From positions 209,219 through 273,218 of the forward strand of contig NMRA01000329.1 of assembly GCA_002633005.1 (NCBI GenBank): a DNA stretch of 64,000 nucleotides, in the 5' to 3' direction. Made by a program: the position numbers and the translations under genes. Below, piece after piece: positions 32,365 to 44,693 of the stretch (the stretch's first letter is position 1; every line of letters begins with the position of its first letter). The stretch comes from Phoronis australis (taxonomy: Eukaryota > Animalia > Phoronida). The notes below the pieces were generated by a model, which saw only the letters and a program-made list of their open reading frames with translations, made no database searches and was not told the origin of the DNA.

Positions 32365-35300
32365 CACTATATGTCACCTCACCTGCCGCGCACATGCTTT
32401 GGGCCAAAAATACAAGATTTTAACGCGGGGAATTTAAAAGGAGGCCCACTAATCAACAGATTAACGAGCTTCCGGAATTGCTTCACCTCAATATCTCCCA
32501 CTGCTTTCCTATCCTATTGGGGAGACTACAGGCAATAGAATATATGCAATGACGTCGTATATTTTGATTGAAACATCAAGACGAGGAGACTGACATTGCT
32601 TCAGGCCAACAACACAAACGGCGTCGCAGTTCAAGTCCATTGTCCTTATTAACATAATGTAAATAGAGTTAACGAATCAAGAATCCTGTCCAATATAAAT
32701 CGTCACCTCTCATCAATCTCCCCCTCCCGACCTCCACCCATTCGGTACGTGCTATGCGCATATACAATCGCTCTTTGAGCAAATGTTTACAGACAAAATG
32801 TTGGGCCCCCCATAAGTGATACCCTAAATCCGTCAGTGGTTATCAAGCAATGGCAACTTAACAAACGATTTGGCTATTAATTGTAACGTATATTCACTTT
32901 TGAGATGACGAAATTCATGGGTTCCTACATAAACAAAATTTAGGCGTATTTGGCTTTGACTAGATTAGTGCCATATTTATTCGGTATGAGTCAGTCTGAT
33001 TGGTTTAATAACATATGACATGACACTGTTCCGGGGGATACGAAACCGGGCCGATGGTTCCACTTTCGAATCAACACAGTTTCAGTGCTGAAGTGGTAAA
33101 ATTAGAGGTAAGTTAGGTGCCCAAAGCCCACCGCATAACCTTGAGCACTGAACGCACTGAACTTACGTTGCCTACATTACGGCGTTTTCCCGTTGCTCCC
33201 AACTTGTTCGATTCTATAGCCCAACAAGTTGGGAAGTATACTCCTGTAGCCAATATCTTACTGATTAACTCCATTCTGGCAGTAACAGTTGGAGGGCCAG
33301 GTTTCTTTTGTTCGATAATTGCTCTAATCTCCAATAAGATCGGATCTAGCCTGACTTTGCCGTGCTGTTAAAAATAAAAGTGATATAACACTTGAATATA
33401 AACCTACAGCATTTCTGAAATTTTCGTCAAATGATGATCATGTTTAGTTTTTGAATCGCCAAAATCGCCCAACTGCAACCAAAGTTATGACAACCTGTCT
33501 TTCCAAATAGGCCTTACAACAATTAAATTCACTTTGAGTCTGAGTATGTTCACACATGATCTGTAATAAGCCTGGTAGATAATTTGCCTGTTTGATGTCA
33601 TAAAGAAACAAAAGAGTGTGCTTGGCAGTTAACAAAGAAGCTAGATGTTATCACACGCTCAGAAACTCCTACGTCTGGTAAAGTCACTGAACGGGAAAAG
33701 GCTGTCATGTAGGCTCCACGTTCAAATGTCAAAAGGTGGTTGCCTGCGCCTACGTGTGCTTACGCCCCACTACAGCACTGCGCAGTATCCAGGCTATCAA
33801 GCAGCTTCAGGTCATGGGAGTTATTTGGCAGAAAGTAGGTACTCGTCACTGAAACAAAACTAGGACAGGAGGGGACTTTTTCGTCGATACTTTTCCGGGC
33901 ATACAAATGTCCATAACTAGGCCGTTCCTAGACTGAAATCCATACGTTTCACATCAATTCCCATGCGCGCACCCAGCCTTCAATTTGGGGGGCTCGATTT
34001 CCCGGTGTTGTGGACCTTTTGCTAGCAAAAAAAAAGAAAAAAAATCGGGGGCACCACTATCAATTGCCAAATGGGAGGCGCGCATGCTTCCACACGAAAT
34101 CGAGCCGGGGAGTTTCAGAAATTTACATTTTCGGAAATACATGTAGTAGTAGTCCGGTCAGCTTGCCCGGTGCCCATACATAAGCCTTCCGGAGAAGCAA
34201 CGAACTTCACACCATTTTCAAGCCATTACTTAGTTTTGGTACAAGAATATATTTTTATTCGCGAGTTTCATCTTCATAAATCTACAATTGTACATATATA
34301 TGTAGGCACATTCCAAGTGAACATTTGCAATGGAGAAGAAAGCTCGGCGACATTTTTCAAAAGACTGGGCGTGCTGACCGGGTCACTTGAAAGCAAAAGC
34401 CACTATTTTAGTTTTATACAGTCCCCAGTTCCACTATGTAGCTTAACTTGGTCATACTACAACTGAGTGTTTTCATGTTTATGAGTCGCTGCAATGAAAG
34501 AAAACCGCTCGTCTTAGATGCTAACTTTTCATTAAACGGGAAGCCAGTCGGTCCTAACCGGCACGGTAACGTCATTTCTAAAATATATGGTGTATAACCA
34601 GGGGCGGATCCAGGATTTTGAGTAAAGGGGTCCAGGTCACAGGAATAATCAGAATTTCGGCAGATGCGCGCGCCCAGCTTAAAGTGTGGGGATGCGAGGG
34701 TCTCGAATTTTTTGGTTCGTAGACCTGTTGATTAAAAATAAAAAACGGTAACGGGGAAGTTCAGGGCCTATGCATTTTTTATTTACCCCCCGAGCCCCCC
34801 TGGTTGCGCGCATGTGCTAGTTAACAATTCCCACCCGAACTCCCAAATGGTATATGCTAGAATTTTAGGGGGGCCATGGGCCCCTTGCCCCCCACCCCTA
34901 AATCCGCCACTGATAACCTCTACTTCCTGTTTTACTTTGGCACGATGTAAAAATGGCTAAATGTATAACTTGTATAGACCGATATATTTGAAAAATGACA
35001 AGCTACTTCATCGCAACCTCAATAAGCAGTGCAGTTATCGTGCGCTGACTCCATCCATCGTCTGAAGAGATTAGCAATGATTGTGTAAAAGAAATTTCGT
35101 AAAACTGGTCCCTAGTATTCCTTGCCATGGGATATGTTTCTAGTCTTGCCTACCTTTTATAGGCTAAGGAGCAACAAACTGGATGGCACTATGACATGCC
35201 TACAACATATAGTGCATGGCAAGAAATGGAAACGTCTGTCCGTTTTCCTTAAGGAAACTGGCAGACTTGAAAACTTTCTTCACGAGGAGCCATAATTGGG

Positions 35301-38300
35301 CTCTCGTGCTTTTTTGCTCAGGGCCCAACCATGAGGCCTGCGCACGTCTGATGCACCGCAAATGACATCAGACCACCTGCACTGTTTATTTATATGTTTC
35401 TATTTTCTTTTACTAATTTAAGTGCATGCGCCGTTTTCGAATTTAGGGTTAGCCAGCACCATTAAACTCAGAAGTGTTTTCTTGAGTATTTGACAATATA
35501 TAAATGGATGCGCTTGATGGTAACGGAAATAGAATCCGAATTAGTGCGACAAAACCCCCAAATTGGGACTTACGTTTTTAACCAGCTAAATAGGGCGAAA
35601 TGCACCTTTTTATCTCTTATTTCCTACTTGTCCAGTAAAAACAGTTAGAAATCAGAGCGTTGATACGGTAGTCTCTTACACACCACACGTTGGTCACATT
35701 ACGTGACCTACGGTTAAGTCTGAAACAATCCGTCTCCACCCGCTCTTGGTAACCAGAAGACCCGGGTTCGAGCCACAGTAGGAAGAAAGAGCTTTTCATA
35801 CTAACTATATGTATAGGCAGGGTTGGGAATGCCCCATGACAAAAAGGAGGAAATTTTTTACTGCCCCAAATACACATTGCAATCTAAACAACCATACCTC
35901 AACAGATCGAAAGTAAACATAATTATCACAAGATGCCCTGTAACTGTGTCGAGTTGGCAAACACACAATCATGTTAAGCGGAGGGGGGGAGGCGTGGGGG
36001 GAGGGGCGGGTGGGAGGGGTGTGGGAGGTAATTGCAATCATCACCAAACAAGAGTACCTGTCATCTATTTCAGCAACANCACTATATGTACAGTCACCTC
36101 ACCTGCCGCGCACATGCTTTGGGCCAAAAATACAAGATTTTAACGCGGGAAATAGGAGGCCCACTAATCAACAGATTAACGAGCTTCCGGAATTGCTTCA
36201 CCTCAATATCTCCCACTGCTTTCCTATCCTATTGGGGAGACTACGGGCGATAGAATATATCCAATGACGTCGTATATTTAGATTGAAACATCAAGACGAA
36301 GAGACTGACATTGCTTCAGGCCAACAACACAAACGGCGTCGCAGTTCAAGTCCATTGCCCTTATTAACATCATGTAAATAGTGTTAACGAATCAAGAATC
36401 CTGTCCAATATAAATCGTCACCTCTCATCAATCACTCCCCCTCCCGACCTCCACCCATTCGGTACGTGCTATGCGCATATACAATCGTTCTTTGAGCAAA
36501 TGTTTACAGACAAAATGTTGCCCCCCCCCCCTTGTGATATCCTAAATCCGTCACTGGTTATGAAGCAATGGCAACTTAACAAACGATTTGGCTATTAATT
36601 GTAACGTATTTTCACTTTTGAGATGACGAAATTCTTGGGTTCCTACATAAACAAAATTTAGGCGTATTTGGCTTTGACTAGATTAGTGCCATATTTACTC
36701 GGTATGAGTCAGTCTGATTGGTCAGGGTTTAATAACATGTGACATGACACTGTTCCGGGGGATACGAAACCGGGCCGATGGTTCCACTTTCGAATCCAAC
36801 ACAGTTTCAGTGCTGAAGTGGTAAAATTAGAGGTAAGTTAGGAGCCCAAAGCCCACCGCATAACCTTGAGCACTGAACGCACTGAACTTACGGTGCCTAC
36901 CACGGCGTTTTCCCGTTGCTCCCAACTTGTTCGATTCTATATAGCCCAACAAGTTGGGAAGTATACTCCTGTAGCCAATATCTTACACACTGATTAACTC
37001 CATTCTGGCATTTACAGTTGGAGGGCCAGCTTTCTTTTGTTCGATAATTGCTCTAATCTCCAATAACTGAGATCGGATCTAGCCTGAATTTGCTGTGCTG
37101 TTAAAAATAAAAGTGAAGTTATAACATATTTGAACATAAACCAATAGTATTTCTGAAATCTTCGTCAAATGATGATCATGTTTAGTTTTTGAATCACCAA
37201 AATCGCTCAACTGCAACCGAAGTTATGACAATCTTTCTTTCCAAATAGGCCTTTACAACAATTAAATTCACTCTGAGTTTGACTGTGTTCACACATGGTC
37301 TGTAATAAGCCTGGTAGATAATTTGCCTGCTTGTTGTCATAAGAAACAAAAGAGTGTGCTTGGCAGTTAACAAAGAAGCTAGATGTTATCACACGCTCAG
37401 AAACTCCTACGGCTGTACGTCTGGTAAAGTCACTGAACGGGAAAACGCTGTCATGTAGGCTCCACGTTCAAATGTCAAAAGGTGGTTGCCTGCGCCTACG
37501 TGTGCCTACGCCCCACTACACTGACAGCACTGCGCAGTATCCAGGCTATCAAGCAGCTTCAGATCATGGGAGTTATTTGGCAGAAAGTAGGTACTCGTCA
37601 CTGAAACAAAACTATTATATGAGGGGACTTTTTCGTCGATACTTTTCCGGGCATACAAATTGTCCATAACTAGGCCGCTCCTAGACTGAAATCCATACGT
37701 TTCAGATCAATTCCCATGCGCGCACCCAGCCTTCAATTTGGGGAGCTCGATTTCACGGTGTTGTGGACCTTTTGCTAACAAAAAAAAGAAAAGAAATCGG
37801 GGGCACCACTATCAATTGCGCTTTGCTTGTTTAGTGTATTTAGTGAACTTTTGTCCCGTTTTCTCGGACGTTTTGTCTCTCGGCGGCGGACCTTTTTGCC
37901 CACTTCGCCAACTGGGAGGCGCGCATGCTTCCACACGAAACCGAGCCGGGGAGTTTCAGTAATTTACATTTTTCGGAAACACATGTAGTAGTAGTCCGGT
38001 CAGCTTGCCCGGTGCCCATACATAAGCCTTCCGGAGAAGCAACGAACTTTACACCATTTTCAAGCCATTACTTAGTTTTGGTACAGGAATATATTTTTAT
38101 TCGCGAGTTTCATCTCCATAAATCTACAATTGTACATATATGTGTAGGCACATTCCAAGTGAATATTTGCAATGGAGAAGAAAGCTCGACGACATTTTTC
38201 AAAAGACTGGGCGTGCTGAAAGCAAAAGCCACTATTTTCGTTTTATACAGTCCCCAGTTCCATTATGTAGCTTAACTTGGTCATACTACAACCGAGTGTT

Positions 38301-38767
38301 TTCATGTTTATGAGTCGTTGCAATGAAAGAAAACCGCTCGTCTTAGATGCTAACTTTTCAGTAAACGGGAAGCCAGTCGGTCCGAACCGGCACGCTAACG
38401 TCATTTCTAAAATATATGGTCTATAACCAGGGGCGGATCCAGGATTTTGAGTAAGGGGGTCCAGGTCACAGGAATAATCAGAATTTCGGCAGATGCGCGC
38501 GCCCAGCTTAAAGTGTGGGGATGCGAGGGTTTCGAATTTTTGGGTTCGCAGACCTGTTGATTAAAAATACAAAAAACAGTAACGGGGAAGTTCAGGGCCT
38601 ATGCATTTTCTATTTAAGCGCCCCTGGTTGCGCGCATGTGCTAGTCAGCAATTCCCACCCGAACTCCCAAATGGTATATGCTAGAATTTTAGGGGGCCAT
38701 GGGAGGGGTGTGGGAGGTAATTGCAATCATCACCAAACAAGAGTACCTGTCATCTATTTCAGCAACA
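32365..38767 (+). repeat. Tandem duplication 32365-36078 / 36080-38767 joined by a single N (probable uncollapsed haplotypes)
   Basis: Both copies start CACTATATGT and end TTTCAGCAACA. Identity is very high with scattered SNPs and small indels. N at 36079. Confidence 0.85.
34599..34912. mobile_element. hAT-like MITE with 5-bp TSD (ATAAC)
   Basis: ATAAC|CAGGGGCGGATCCAGG ... CCTAAATCCGCCACTG|ATAAC. Confidence 0.7.
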
Positions 38768-39276
38768 ATAATGAAGGCAATTGGATGCAACAAAAGATAT
38801 ATTTTTCTCAGACCAAACTGGCATGTTGTTGTTATAAACCACTTTGAAGCTCAAAGTGTTGAGTGCAGTGGCTTGACAAGAGAAGAAAAAACAAACGACT
38901 TGCCACGTGGTGAACAATTTTCTACCCTGACGACCCCCCTCCCGAATACGTTTTGATTAATACTCATGGCCTCAAGCAGTAACCGTCACTTTTTCCCAAC
39001 CCAGATCTCACTTTCACTCTGACTATGGAACAAGTTGAGATCAGTTACAAAACAGTAAGTGGTGACCACCAGGTCTAAATCATATGATAGTCTTTTCATC
39101 AGAATACAGATTGCAGGTTCTAGCTGCAAAAACATGACTTGTTCACTTAATGAGGCAACCTTCATGGTTGTGTGGTCTATTCACTGGGTTTTACTAATAC
39201 TCAGTTTAACAATGAATGTATTTGAATAAAACTGCTCACAACATTAACATGTAAACCTGACTATGCAACACATGGG

Positions 39277-42200
39277 TCACTGCTGATATACATAATAGTT
39301 TTGACCTTCGTAGGACATTGGAGTTAACTGAATATATTCTTGCTGATGCGCATTACTAGCAGCCTGGGTGAGCTGGTCGATAGCAGTCAGTGTTTGCACA
39401 TGCTGTTCTGAACTTGCTGACACAGGCAAGTGAATGTACCCTAAAACTTCCCCAGGCTTTGACGGCTGCGAGTCCAACTCCTGTGGTGTTGTGTGAACCT
39501 CAATTTCAACCTCGTTCGAGTTCATTGCTGATGTTGCGATTGCCAGGATTGTCTGCTGCTCCTGCTGATAGGACTGGCTGTGGTGGTGCTTGATATGAAA
39601 TGATAATTTTGTGCGCTCGTAGAAGAATTTGTCGCAGTGTCCGCAAGCGAAGGTTGGAAACTCCGAGTGTCGCTGCATGTGGCGGTTCAGCTCGTACTTG
39701 AGAGCAAACCGTGCACCACAAGTGTTACACACGTGAGGGCGCTCCTTGGTGTGCACGTGGACCACATGTGCCGCACGCTGTGTCGTACGGCGGAACAATT
39801 TTCCGCAGTGTGGACATGGATACTTCTTCACATTGTTATGTACATCCATATGTAGCTTCATTGACTGGATGTCCCGCAATACCTTTCCACAGATGTCACA
39901 GATCACCGACTCCACAGTCTTTTTGCAACGGTGAGCTGTCTTGTCCCTTTCAGTAAGGAATGGCTTGAAACAGACGTCACACTTGAGTCTGGCCTGCCTG
40001 CAGAAAGACTGATGGAAGTCATAGCGACCTTTCTTACGACCCCTGAACTGAGAACAGTAGGTGCACTTCTTCCACTCGTTGATGTCCTCCTCAGTCTCCG
40101 GACAGCTGGCGGACACTTTCTCCTCATCAACATTGTCAGTATTCGACGATGATTGTAGCTGACCTATTCTTTCACAAATGCTTGTTAGCGTGTCACTGAT
40201 GCGTGCACGCAATGAATCATCAGGCTCAATATCATCTATGTCTAAACTGATGTCGGACTCTTCGTCGCTGCCCAACTCTTTACCTATTCCTAACTTTCGT
40301 TGGCGTTCAATCTCCTTGGTAATCTCCTCAATAGATGGTTTCTTGGACCATTTATGTTTGCCCGACCGCATGTAGTGGACATGGGATTTTCTAGAAATAA
40401 AAATCTCTGTAAGTTGCTTTCAACGCAATAGTAAATGCAGTAAAAAAAACTTCATCAATCAAAAATGTCATAGCTTGAAAATTACAACGGAAATACATCC
40501 TACTTTGTTTAACACGTGACTTTCGGGTCTGACATAAAAATTAAGTGTTGCTTTTTTGTTACTCCGGTATCTCAAGAGTACACCCAGGTACATGGACAGA
40601 AATAACTAGTTAAAAATATCTCATCAAATATGCAGTAATCAACCAGTGACAATTAGAGCTGCCCACTTTTAGAAACTTGATATTTTTAATGATACGATAC
40701 TTTATGTAATAGGTAATGGAAAGTTACTTGACAGAGTTCTGGAAATTTTTTGAAACCACTAGATTTTGGTCTGGTCATTCTAACCGATTCGGTAATGTGA
40801 ACATTCACTCTACTATTTAATGTAATATTATTTTATCCACACTTTCAAAAAAAATGCAGATATCAAAATAAATAATTGCCTAACACTGTAATGTGCTTTC
40901 GCCAGACTGTCAAACTCAAATATAAAGACCAGACTGGGTACACAAATCCATGTTTTTTGCCATCCACAGGACAAGCCATTGTTCTAAAAAACAATAGAAA
41001 GCCAAGCTGAACTATTGAAGATACAAGTAATGAGCATTTCATAGAGAGATGGTCACAAAATAAATAGCAAAACTTTGATTTGTAGATTATTTTTAAAAAT
41101 TACTATCCATACGTAGTAGATGTAAAAAGTCACTTAAAAAAGTCTGGTAAAGAACGGTCTCTTGAAACCTATCAACACCCTCCATTCCCTACTAGTCAGA
41201 CCCAAACACCCAACCCCGATGGCTAAACAATGTGGGGTCATATACCAGCTGAAATGTGACCAGGATCCCAACCACACCTACATTGGAGAAACCAAGAGAC
41301 CGTTCCTCACCTGATTCAAAGAACACCTGAAACTAGACAGACCAACAGGCGTTGGGGAAAATATTTTGGCAACTGGGCACACCATTTCTCTTGCATCATC
41401 CAGGATCCTAGCCCAGGAAGAAAATTGGCATACTTGTAAGCTCACAAAGAGGCCATAAACATCAACAGTCAGCGCCCCCTCCTGAACCGGGACAGCAGAC
41501 TCCACTTCCCCCCCCTTTACTCCAGCATTCTTAAAGAGCGTAAGGCAGGAAATCCCTCATTCATTGACAAAGACCTGGCGGACCAGGTCGAAACATCTGC
41601 TAACAACCAACCACGTCTCTAAGTAAGTGACTTTACATCTACAATGCCTCTAGAGACCAATGATGAACCTATTCTTCAGTATCCATACGTACTTGTACTT
41701 GAGTACCAGTATGTAACCCACGTTAGAACAGACTAAGCAAACAAAAGTCATGAAAATTAATAAATCCAAACTCTAAATACGTACTTCTCTCTTTACACGT
41801 AGCGTCCATTTGGAGAAAACATTTCCTTCCCTCTACATGTATATACAAACTTGGTTGAAGGCACAACTGTGCTATTGGTTACACAAGTTGACACTCGTTC
41901 AAATTCTCTATACAATCTCCTATCTTCCAAATGTCAAGAGAGATTATGGACAAACGGGTCAAAATGCTAGCTATATTTCTAGACCCCGTGTCTCATCTTA
42001 CAGTATGCCCGAAGACAGAAGATCTTAAAAAAGTGCGAGTGAGTATAAGCCAAGCTGTCCAACAAAAATTACAGTAGTGTCTTCAACCAAGTTTGTTTTA
42101 AAGAAGAAGTGCAACCCTACTGCTTAATTTCAGCCCTACATGTACCGAAACTGTTTAAAAATGCAATATGCCAAATGTGGCTGGGCCACATTTTTGTAAG

Positions 42201-43867
42201 TTCATCGAGATAACGAAGGACCATCTTCTGAACAAGCACACATTTTTATCTAGAATACTGAATTTGTGTACCTTGGTTTTCGACCTCTGCGAGACACTTG
42301 TGTGCGAGGAGGCTTGTAATCGTCATCTCCACCTTCCTTCCCACTTTCATCATCGTCATCACCACTTTCTGTAATTCCCTCACACTCACTGTTATCTTCT
42401 GCAACGTAACAGTACTAAAGCATAAACACACGATGTATTGCCTTCCAAGGTATAAGTAGATTTGAAGGGAGCCAGAGGTCGGTTGCATGAAAAAGTCCCA
42501 ACAGGGATACAACTACCAGTGCATACCAAAACAGAATTCAAAATACCGATTGTTTCCAAGTCATGACCGCCAATTTCGTTTGCAGATTTTCCACTTTATT
42601 CCATATGAAAATGATGTCACGTTACATCTTCTGTGTAGAGTAACCAGAAACATTCAGACCTACATATTTGACAGTGCACCGTGTGATGTCAACAACTTGA
42701 TTATAGTCTTCCAGTGCCACAGTAATGAGTACATAGATTTTTGATGTGGCAGTGATAGCGCGAGTGCTTTACATACCTTTCAATAGCTCGTACAGTATTT
42801 TTAACCCTAATATATGACGAACGTCTGCTGATACAACTGCATTGTCCCAAAATCATAACCTCAAAAAATCCTGGCAACCAATTTATAAAGCGCATGCTTA
42901 GGATCAATGTTTATTCGGCAAGAGGAAGATTGTCCTCATGAATAAACATGATCAGCACATGGTCTGCCATGAGAATAGTCTGATGTCAAATCACTAACAA
43001 AATTTCACTTCTTTGGAACAATTTGAGATCGATCTCAAAACTGTTAAAGGTTTACAAAATTGTTGTCAGGATGGAGTGCATTTTCATAGCAATTGCCTTT
43101 TCTGCAAGATAAGTTTTCTTACTTATCTTGTATCCAACAGTGATCTTTACCAATGGACTTTATCATCCATTGCTTGATCTTTTAATATTTCAAAATGATG
43201 CGGTTAGCTGACATCCTACATTAAAGTAACAATTGGCTTTAACCTTTAGTCAGATTAACAAGTTAACAAGTAATAACAGACTGATCTTACCGTCATTTTC
43301 ATGGGGAGGTCGATGAAATTTGCCATCGGGTCCTCTTGTCAATTTGGGGTAACGCTTTCTCTTGAAACCATTGTACACTTCATCTAAATCAGGTTCCGTT
43401 TTCACAGTTTTACGCGAACGTTTCTGGGTGGTCGTTTTTAAAGTGCCAATATCCATATTTGTAGATAGCGCATTATCACCACCCGCTTTTGGGTCAAGGC
43501 TGACTGTTTTGTTTTCTTTGTAATTGCTGCACAGATCAACCAGCACTTGAATACCAAACGCTCTGCCCAGTTCTTGAAGGCGTGTGACATCACTTTCGTT
43601 GTCTAGATTGGGTGGAAGGTTCAGAGCCCCTGAGTAAACAACGTCCAGCAACACCTTCAACGTAACACCGTCCAGGTCATCCATAAGAACTTGGGTGACA
43701 CCAGGGGTCAGCAGCGTCTCGCTCATGTAGGTGCTACTGGCTGCCAACAGGAATCTATGAGCAACAAACTGTTGCTGGTCTTTGCTGATGAGAACGAGGT
43801 CGCAGTTCTGGTTGTTTATCCTCTGCTCGTTCAGGGCCTCCAGCAGCTGGGAGCTGTACGCAGCCAT
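39277..43867 (-). CDS. BTB/POZ + C2H2 zinc-finger protein (ZBTB-like), 605 aa; coding exons 43867-43291, 42398-42272, 40390-39277
   Basis: BTB motif LNEQR..CDLVL..FVAHRFLLAASSTY..LLDVVYSG. Acidic middle exon ending RRGRKPR. Last exon has 2 C2HC-like and 4 C2H2 fingers. GT-AG sites with matching phases (1, 2) give 1818 nt in frame. Confidence 0.9.
41116..41679 (+). mobile_element. 5'-truncated Penelope-like element (GIY-YIG endonuclease relic + pLTR) in a ZBTB intron
   Basis: CGVIYQLKC..YIGETKR..FKEH..EAINI..LNRD with a stop and a frameshift. Flanked by the 12-bp direct repeat TATCCATACGTA (41104-41115, 41680-41691). Confidence 0.85.
41560..41600 (+). ncRNA. Degenerate PLE-type hammerhead ribozyme motif
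   Basis: TTGACAA-A-GACCTGG-CGGA-CCAGGTC-GAAA-CATC: perfect stem II and GAAA, but the CUGANGA box is mutated. Confidence 0.6.
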
Positions 43868-44693
43868 TGGCGTAGGCTTGGAGGCAAACCTACAATGAGG
43901 AAAAAAGAAAAATAAAGTGTTAAAGTGAGGTCAAATGAGAAAATACAACTTCGAAACAAAAATTCAGAATTTTCGATGTGAGCACTACATACTGAGTCGC
44001 AGCCAATAAACTCTTTCCCTGGTTAAACTAGATCATTTAATTTTTTGGTTTCAACCCCTTTGATTGCAAAGGTAGTCTGTCATTTCACCCTCTCTCAATC
44101 AACATAGCTGACCAACTCAAGATAGCAATAAGGTATAGACTGATAAAATGATTTTTTACAATTCCTTTACAGCCCATTCCTAGGGCATCTTTGATAAATG
44201 TCCAAACTAGAGCATGCACACTGTTGTCCGCACACAGAATTCTATGTCTCAACTATGGAGGCAGAAATAAACCACTAGAGGGCAACACACTGCCTACACA
44301 TCAAAAGGTTAAAGCATCACCTAATCGTACAGAAGCGTCACTGTTCTAGATATGGGCTGCAAAACAGTGTAGTAATTCACCCAGTGTTTACAGACTACGA
44401 TAAGCACACAATTACTTGTTGGTAATTACAGTCTCTAGTAATGTCTATGACGCACTAGTACTACAAGTATGCAAGCTAACTGCATATGACTGAATGTCGA
44501 AACACAGAGTGATGCAAGTAAAAAATGGCAATTTAAATGAAGGTTGCTTTTTCAGGTCGCCACAACTCTATTTCTGGTCCTCTCACAATAAAACTTATAT
44601 CAAAACGTAGCACACCTTCAAAAATGCTTATTAAATTTTTTGGAACTCTTATCATTCAAATGACTTCTACCTTGTCTGTTACGACCTTTTCCA

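Noticed and set aside
33117-38956. Paired ORFs (33645/37472, 34071/37925, 35823/38515)
   Set aside because: Products of the duplicated non-coding DNA; frames are broken by indels between copies and no domains are seen.
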